From Octopus sinensis (Eukaryota): a stretch of 13,459 nt of DNA. How positions within the stretch are numbered: position 1 is the first letter of the stretch; every line of letters starts with the position of its first letter. Made by a program: the position numbers and the translations under genes. Below are positions 8,011-13,459 of the stretch, one piece after another. Below the pieces are notes generated by a model that did no database searches, had not been told where the DNA came from, and worked only from the letters and a program-made list of their open reading frames with translations. The stretch spans positions 1 to 13,459 of the forward strand of contig NW_021826291.1 in the NCBI RefSeq assembly GCF_006345805.1, in the 5' to 3' direction.

Positions 8011-8394
8011 ATTTCGTCGCAATACTTCTGAGGATGAAAATAAATAATTAGCTTATGATTAAATGGTCTGTTCTGATTTGACCCTCGCCCAGGAACCCTG
8101 AAGAACCAAACTGATGTTAATGTGTGATTTCTTAGTTTTATAAACATGAAATAACAAGAGATATCCTTAGGAATAAGTAGATTAGATTAAGGACTTGGGG
8201 TATAGTTTATTATTTGAAATTTTCCTGATAATTGAATAAATTTTTGCATTTGCGAATATAATGAAAATAATTCGTGAAACAACAGCGGGCTTGGGTTTCT
8301 GTCGGTGAAGGTCGACCGCACAAACAAACGAGTGGGCGGACTAAATCTAAACAAAATTCGAACACTTGTCTCTTGTGTGTGTAAGAAATTATTC

Positions 8395-8650
8395 AGCTGG
8401 CAGAATTGTTAGCATGTCGGACACGATGCTTAGTGGCATTTACGTTTCACGTTCAAATTCCGCCGAGGTCGGTTTTGCCTTTTCTCCTTTCGGGGGTCGA
8501 TAAGAAAATTACCCGTTTACATATTTAGTTTAAATTTCGCCAAGGTCGACTTTCTCTTTCATTCGTTCAAGGTCGGTGTCGATGTTATCGAATTACCCCC
8601 TCCCCCCAAATTTACAGCCTTGAGGCTATAACAGAAAGCATTATTATTAG
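8395..8650 (+). mobile_element. SINE family B copy A with internal duplication of the B-box module
   Basis: Head agctggcagaattgttagca; gttcaaattccgccgaggtcg (8451) repeated as gtttaaatttcgccaaggtcg (8528); ccccctccccccaaattt tail ending in (ATT)n. Confidence 0.8.
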
Positions 8651-8670
8651 TCGTATTATTATTAATACAG

Positions 8671-8900
8671 TGAGCTGGCGGAATCGTTAGCACGCCGGTC
8701 AAAATGCTTGGCGGTATTTCGTTTGTCTTTACGTTCTGAGTTCAACTTCCACCGAGGTTGACTTTGCCTTTCATCCTTTCGAGGTCGATAAATTAAGTAC
8801 CAGTTACGGACTGGGGTCGATGTAATTGACTTTATCGTTTGTCTGTCCTTGTTTGTTCTCTCTATGTTTACCCCCTTGTGGGCAATAAAGAAATAGGTAT
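8671..8900 (+). mobile_element. SINE family B copy B, full length
   Basis: A-box-like TGGCGGAATCG, B-box-like GAGTTCAACTTCC (8738-8750), core and aaagaaataggtat tail; homologous to five or more other copies in the window. Confidence 0.92.
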
Positions 8901-9080
8901 TCCGTCTGCCGTTACGTGCTGAGTTCAAATTCCGCCGAGGTCGACTTTGCCTTTCATCCATAAGGGTCGATAAAATTAAGTACCAGTTACACACTGGGGT
9001 CGATGTAATCGACTTAATACCTTTGTCTGTCCTTGTTTGTTCCCTCTATGTTTAGCCCCTTGTGAGCAATAAAGAAATAG
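8896..9080 (+). mobile_element. SINE family B copy C, 5'-truncated, head-to-tail with copy B
   Basis: Starts at the internal ggtatt motif; closely similar to 8713-8896. Confidence 0.9.
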
Positions 9081-9290
9081 AAATCGTTAGCACTCCGGGC
9101 AAACTGGTAAGCAACATTCACCTGTCCTCATGTTCTGAGTTCAAATTCCGCCGAGATCAACTTTGCTTTGAAAGTTTTCGGTCTCGATAAAATACGCACT
9201 AGCCAAGCAATGGGGTCGATATCACTGACTATCCCCTCCCCTCAAATTGCTAGCCTTGTCCCAAATTTTGAAACAATTGTTATTATTAGT
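9081..9290 (+). mobile_element. SINE family B copy D, lacking the first ~10 nt of the head
   Basis: Begins aatcgttagcac; B box GAGTTCAAATTCC (9137-9149); cccctcccctcaaatt...aaattttgaaac tail ending in (ATT)n. Confidence 0.85.
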
Positions 9291-9469
9291 ATATTAGTAT
9301 TTTGCTTTCACCTTTACATAATCTCAAAGTTTAACGTTGAGATTATGTAAAGGTGAATCCGCATCTGACTTTCAAGGTCTTTCCGCCAATTCACTCCGTG
9401 CAGAAGCATGGTACGTCTCCCCCATTAGCATCACCGCCGCCGACATTATCGCCTTTAAAGCTACCGCTT

Positions 9470-9970
9470 CCACTACGACGACGACCATCAAAACTAACAA
9501 CAACAGCAACTATAACAACAACACTAACAACAGCAGCACAACTATCCGCATTACCTCATTCCAAGCCAACGAAAGCACCACTACTATCACCACGATAACC
9601 ACCACCACCACCGCCGCTACCACCACTACCACTACCACCACTACCACCACGACCTCAGTGACTACCACTACCACGATGACGACCACGACCACCATCACCA
9701 CTACCACCACCACCACCACCACCACCACTATCACGATGACGACCACGACCACCATCACCACTACCACCACGACCACCACTACTTTCACCACCATCTCCAC
9801 CAACACAAGTCCAGCCACTACAACAACTAATAAAAAACAAAATCACCAGCACCAGCGCCACCACCACCACCGCCGCCACCACCACCGCCATTATCATAAA
9901 AAGCCACCAATAATAACGCCAATAGCCCCAGCACCGTCAGCGCCCACCAGCACCAGCACCACTGCGGTTA
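9470..9970. repeat. (ACC/ACT/ACG/AAC)n triplet array producing a Thr-rich ORF (9337-10029)
   Basis: Directly visible; the ORF length is explained by stop-free ACN triplets. Confidence 0.93.
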
Positions 9971-10097
9971 GCATTAAACCTATTATTACCAATTACAAAC
10001 CAGAAATAGCTAACCTCATGAAAATATAGACAACTTCATATTCAATACAGCAAAACTATACACAGTTGAAATATCACCCAGAATCAAGCAGCTAACA

Positions 10098-10147
10098 AGA
10101 ATATAATATAATAATAATATACTAATAATAATAATAATAATAATAAT

Positions 10148-10179
<32 letters not shown>

Positions 10180-10290
10180 ATAATAATAATAATAATAGTA
10201 ATAATAATACTAATAATAATAATCTAATAATAATAATAATAATAGTAATAATAATAATAATAATAATACATAATAATAATAATAATAGTA

Positions 10291-10341
<51 letters not shown>
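10098..10341. repeat. (AAT)n microsatellite, about 240 bp
   Basis: Directly visible. Confidence 0.97.
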
Positions 10342-10448
10342 TGAAATAAGGAAATGAATTAATAAACGGCACAAAAACCAGAAAATTGGCAGAAAGTTGT
10401 ATGGAACGTAAACCTCAAAACGAACATAAAAACTCCATTCAGGGCAGT

Positions 10449-10489
10449 TATCATCATCATCATCATCGTCATCGTCATCGTCATCGTTG

Positions 10490-10521
<32 letters not shown>

Positions 10522-10810
10522 GTCATCGTTGTCATCATCATCATCTTCATCATAATCATCATCATCATTATCATCATCTTCATCATAATCATCATCATCG
10601 TTGTCATCATCATCATCGTGGTCGTCGTTGACATCATCATCATCATCATCATCGTTGTTCATCATCATCATCGTGGTCGCCGTTGTCATCATCATCATCA
10701 TCATCATCGTTGTCTTCATCATCGTCGTCGTTGTCGTTGTCATCATCGTCATCCTCCTCCTCCTCATCATCATCATCATCAGCAGCAGCAGCACCAACAG
10801 CAACAGCAGT
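10449..10810. repeat. (CAT/CGT)n array ending in (CCT)n and (CAG/CAA)n
   Basis: Directly visible. Confidence 0.96.
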
Positions 10811-11132
10811 AACATTCACAACATATCTAATTTTGCAATAATGATTTCAACACTCTTCTGAGTAAAATCGCTGGCCGAGATTCAGAGAAACACCAAAGTC
10901 TCAATTGAATAATTGCTAAATGATATCTTCCCCAATGGCTACGTTGTTACCATCCAGACTGCCATTGGTTGCATGTTGAGGACAAACACCTACGTCCCAT
11001 GTGATGGACTGGAGCGATTGCTGAGTAATATCTCTGATACAATGAAACCATTGGTAGCCTTTTTAACTCACAAATAAAGAATATTTTTCCGCCAATGCCA
11101 GGTATAGCATTCATTCTCACTGTTTGATACTA

Positions 11133-11273
<141 letters not shown>

Positions 11274-11352
11274 CTATTGGCAAGAAATCTTGTAATAAAC
11301 TGAAAAATGACATACATACATACAAACAAACAAAAATACCCCGTTGTTGATC

Positions 11353-11396
11353 ATGAATAAAAGAATATATATATATATATATATTCTTTTATTCAT
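11353..11396. repeat. Perfect 44-bp palindrome centred on (AT)10
   Basis: atgaataaaaga-(AT)10-tcttttattcat. Confidence 0.95.
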
Positions 11397-11414
11397 ATAT
11401 ATATATATATATAT

Positions 11415-11447
11415 ACTAGCACGGCAACGTCGGGTCATAGTGCTAGT
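11415..11447. other. 33-bp hairpin ending in CTAG-T, possible collapsed Helitron/Helentron-like or MITE remnant
   Basis: actagcac (11415-11422) / gtgctagt (11440-11447) with a 17-nt loop, abutting a (TA)n tract. Confidence 0.35.
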
Positions 11448-11749
11448 GCATGCATATACAGCTGCGTGCGTGCGCACATACACGCGAGTACTGTCCAAAT
11501 CTCCGACCAGTCACATACAGCTAGCTGGCATTCAATTGGCGTATCAAATTTCGGGAATTTTGATTGGGTTTTGGATAGAAAATTCACAAAGAAGTCACTT
11601 CTACTAATATTTTAATGGCTTTACGGGGAAATGTAAAGATGTGCACAACCACCATTGGTTGGTTTTGAATGACCATAGAAAGTGCAAGCCTCTAACTGAA
11701 AAACTGTGGATTTGTATAAAGGAAACACACACACAGACATTTTGCAGTT

Positions 11750-11945
11750 TATATATATTAATATATATATATATAATATATATATATATCTATATATATA
11801 TATATAGGTATATATATTATATATGCCTATATCTATATATACTTTTATAATGATAGATGTATTGTATACATTTAAATATATGCGCGTAGGTAAACATTTT
11901 TATGTGATTGATTGTGTCTGTGTGTGTGTGTGTGTATACACACAT
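11750..11945. repeat. Interrupted (TA)n and (TG)n arrays
   Basis: Directly visible. Confidence 0.9.
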
Positions 11946-12104
11946 ATATTAACTATTTTCTCGTGTATGGGTAACACCATTGTTAGAATAATTGGAATGA
12001 GTCACCGATGACGCAATAGGAGGCCCCTGGATGACTCTTGTGCCCGGCCAAAGATGAGCACATTCTATTGCATAATGAACAGGTGTGCTGGCTGACACAG
12101 GGAA

Positions 12105-12368
12105 CATAGATAGATAAATAAATAGATAGATTGTTAGCTGGATAGGAGGAGCGGGAGTGAAAGAGAGACGCGAGAGAGAGAGAGAGAGAGGGGAGAGAGA
12201 AACGATATATATATATATATACACATATATATACACCACACTGAAAATTGTAGTGGTGAGCAGCGGTAGCACTCAGCAGTAGTTGTAATAATGATGGTGG
12301 AACAGCAGCAGTGGTAGTAGTATTAGTAGTAGTAGTATTAACTTCAACAGCAGCAGCAGCAGCAGTAT
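12105..12368. repeat. Compound (TAGA)n, (GA)n, (TA)n and (GTA/GCA)n repeats
   Basis: Directly visible. Confidence 0.9.
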
Positions 12369-12520
12369 GAGGAATAGCATACAAAGGGGACTTAACAAAT
12401 AAGGAGATATCATCTGGATTAATATTTAATCGAATCGGCTTTAGTTAATATGTAATCTACGAGAGGATTAAATTTTGTGCTGCAGCTGCCTTTAGAAGTA
12501 ACAATATCAAGGGCAGAACA

Positions 12521-12670
12521 GCCTTGGCCGAGTGGTTAATTAGTCTTCTGAAGCACAGCGGTCTAAGTTCGATCATAATGCATATCACCTTTGGCAAATG
12601 TCTAGGTTCATCGTCTCAGTTTGATTCCTGCTGCTGGTTGGTATTTTGGTTGATGGAATCTGAATGGTTC
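12521..12670 (+). mobile_element. Diverged tRNA-derived SINE head/body (family A-like)
   Basis: A box TGGCCGAGTGG (12525-12535), B-box-like GTTCGATC (12567-12574), then caccTTtggcaaatgtct similar to the 3211-3275 head. Confidence 0.6.
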
Positions 12671-12850
12671 TTGTAGCTAGGAGCATTGTGTCGTGAAATG
12701 TTGTAAAGATTTGGATGGGTTTGTTTGAATCAGGTTCGCTTAAGTGAGGGTAATTTGTTTCTGCCTTACATATCTTCAAGAATGTGTATATATGCTGATG
12801 TGTATATGTAGATCGTGTACACTGTACACTAGTACACATACATGCGTATA

Positions 12851-12853
<3 letters not shown>

Positions 12854-12897
<44 letters not shown>
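12854..12897. repeat. (AT)22 microsatellite
   Basis: Directly visible; flanked by tgc/gca, making a 50-bp palindrome (12851-12900). Confidence 0.97.
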
Positions 12898-12900
<3 letters not shown>

Positions 12901-13064
12901 GTTGAAAATATAGAAAACAAAAGACGAAGACACATGTATGAAAAACAAGCAAGCGTATTAGTCTGACGCTCGCGGAAAATGGAGAAGTCTTTTACATTTC
13001 GAGCTTACGCTCTTCGACAGAATAAAAGGAATAAGAGAAAATAAACAGACAGAGTAAAAAAAAA
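12898..13064 (-). mobile_element. Short hammerhead-like element, family H2, copy 2
   Basis: Inverted homologue of 5105-5263; its 3' end abuts (AT)22. Confidence 0.8.
12987..13030 (-). ncRNA. Minimal hammerhead-like motif with variant core (CUGUCGA)
   Basis: Minus strand CUGUCGA-A-GAGC-GUAA-GCUC-GAAA-UGUA-AAAGAC; GNRA-capped helix II and a GUA triplet, but A6 is U. Confidence 0.55.
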
Positions 13065-13119
13065 CTTTTAGATTTCAGCAGTCCAACATGGTCTATATAT
13101 ACATTTATGCAATGGAACA

Positions 13120-13430
13120 TACACCCATACATATATATGTATAAATATATATGTATATATATATGTGTGTGTAAATATAATGTGTGTATGTACAATCCGA
13201 CCTGTGTCCCCTTGAAGCACATCTGGAACAGTTTTACAGTTCTAGTATGTAGATGCTTACGTCATTGTATTCACGTTAGGTACACATTAACTTATCGTAT
13301 TCTCGTGTGTATGTGCGCGTATACATTTATGTATATGTGTGAGTGTGCGTGTGTATTTGTGTGTAGATACATGTACATAGTCACATACACATTCATACAC
13401 ACACACATATGTATATGCATACACTTATAA
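13120..13430. repeat. Degenerate (TA)/(TG)/(CA) low-complexity region
   Basis: Directly visible. Confidence 0.8.
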
Positions 13431-13459
13431 AGATGTGTGGTTGACTGTGTGCTTTTATA

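Noticed and set aside
8028-8104. Other CUGANGA matches (8028, 8098; also 7308 and 616 on minus, and within (TGA)n)
   Set aside because: No helix II followed by GAAA and no NUH/helix I arrangement.
8671-9093. CRISPR-like or LTR-like direct repeats
   Set aside because: The repeats are SINE copies of 180-230 bp without unique spacers, TG..CA ends or a PBS; eukaryotic context.
10210-10861. His-rich, Asp-rich and Met-rich ORFs
   Set aside because: All are alternative frames of (CAT)n and (AAT)n arrays.
10913-11077. Stop-free stretch LLNDIFPNGYVVTIQTAIGCML..., considered as an RT fragment or exon
   Set aside because: No alignable RT motif, no splice signals, and length within chance expectation.

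Overview
AT-rich, repeat-saturated eukaryotic window with no confidently supported protein-coding gene. The microsatellite load and the tRNA-derived SINE families resemble Octopus/coleoid cephalopod intronic or intergenic DNA (inferred from recalled repeat motifs, not a database search). Nearly all supplied ORFs are translations of simple repeats. Supportable content: many micro/minisatellites; about a dozen SINE copies or fragments of two families, including a divergently oriented cluster at 7.2-9.3 kb; a possible splice acceptor and short terminal exon at 5631; and several hairpins and palindromes. The most notable signal is three hammerhead-ribozyme-like motifs from two short element families (3013-2943 minus, 5140-5173 plus, 13020-12987 minus). 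Each lies about 95-110 nt upstream of a (TA)n tract, an arrangement suggesting Penelope-like or retrozyme-type elements targeting TA microsatellites.
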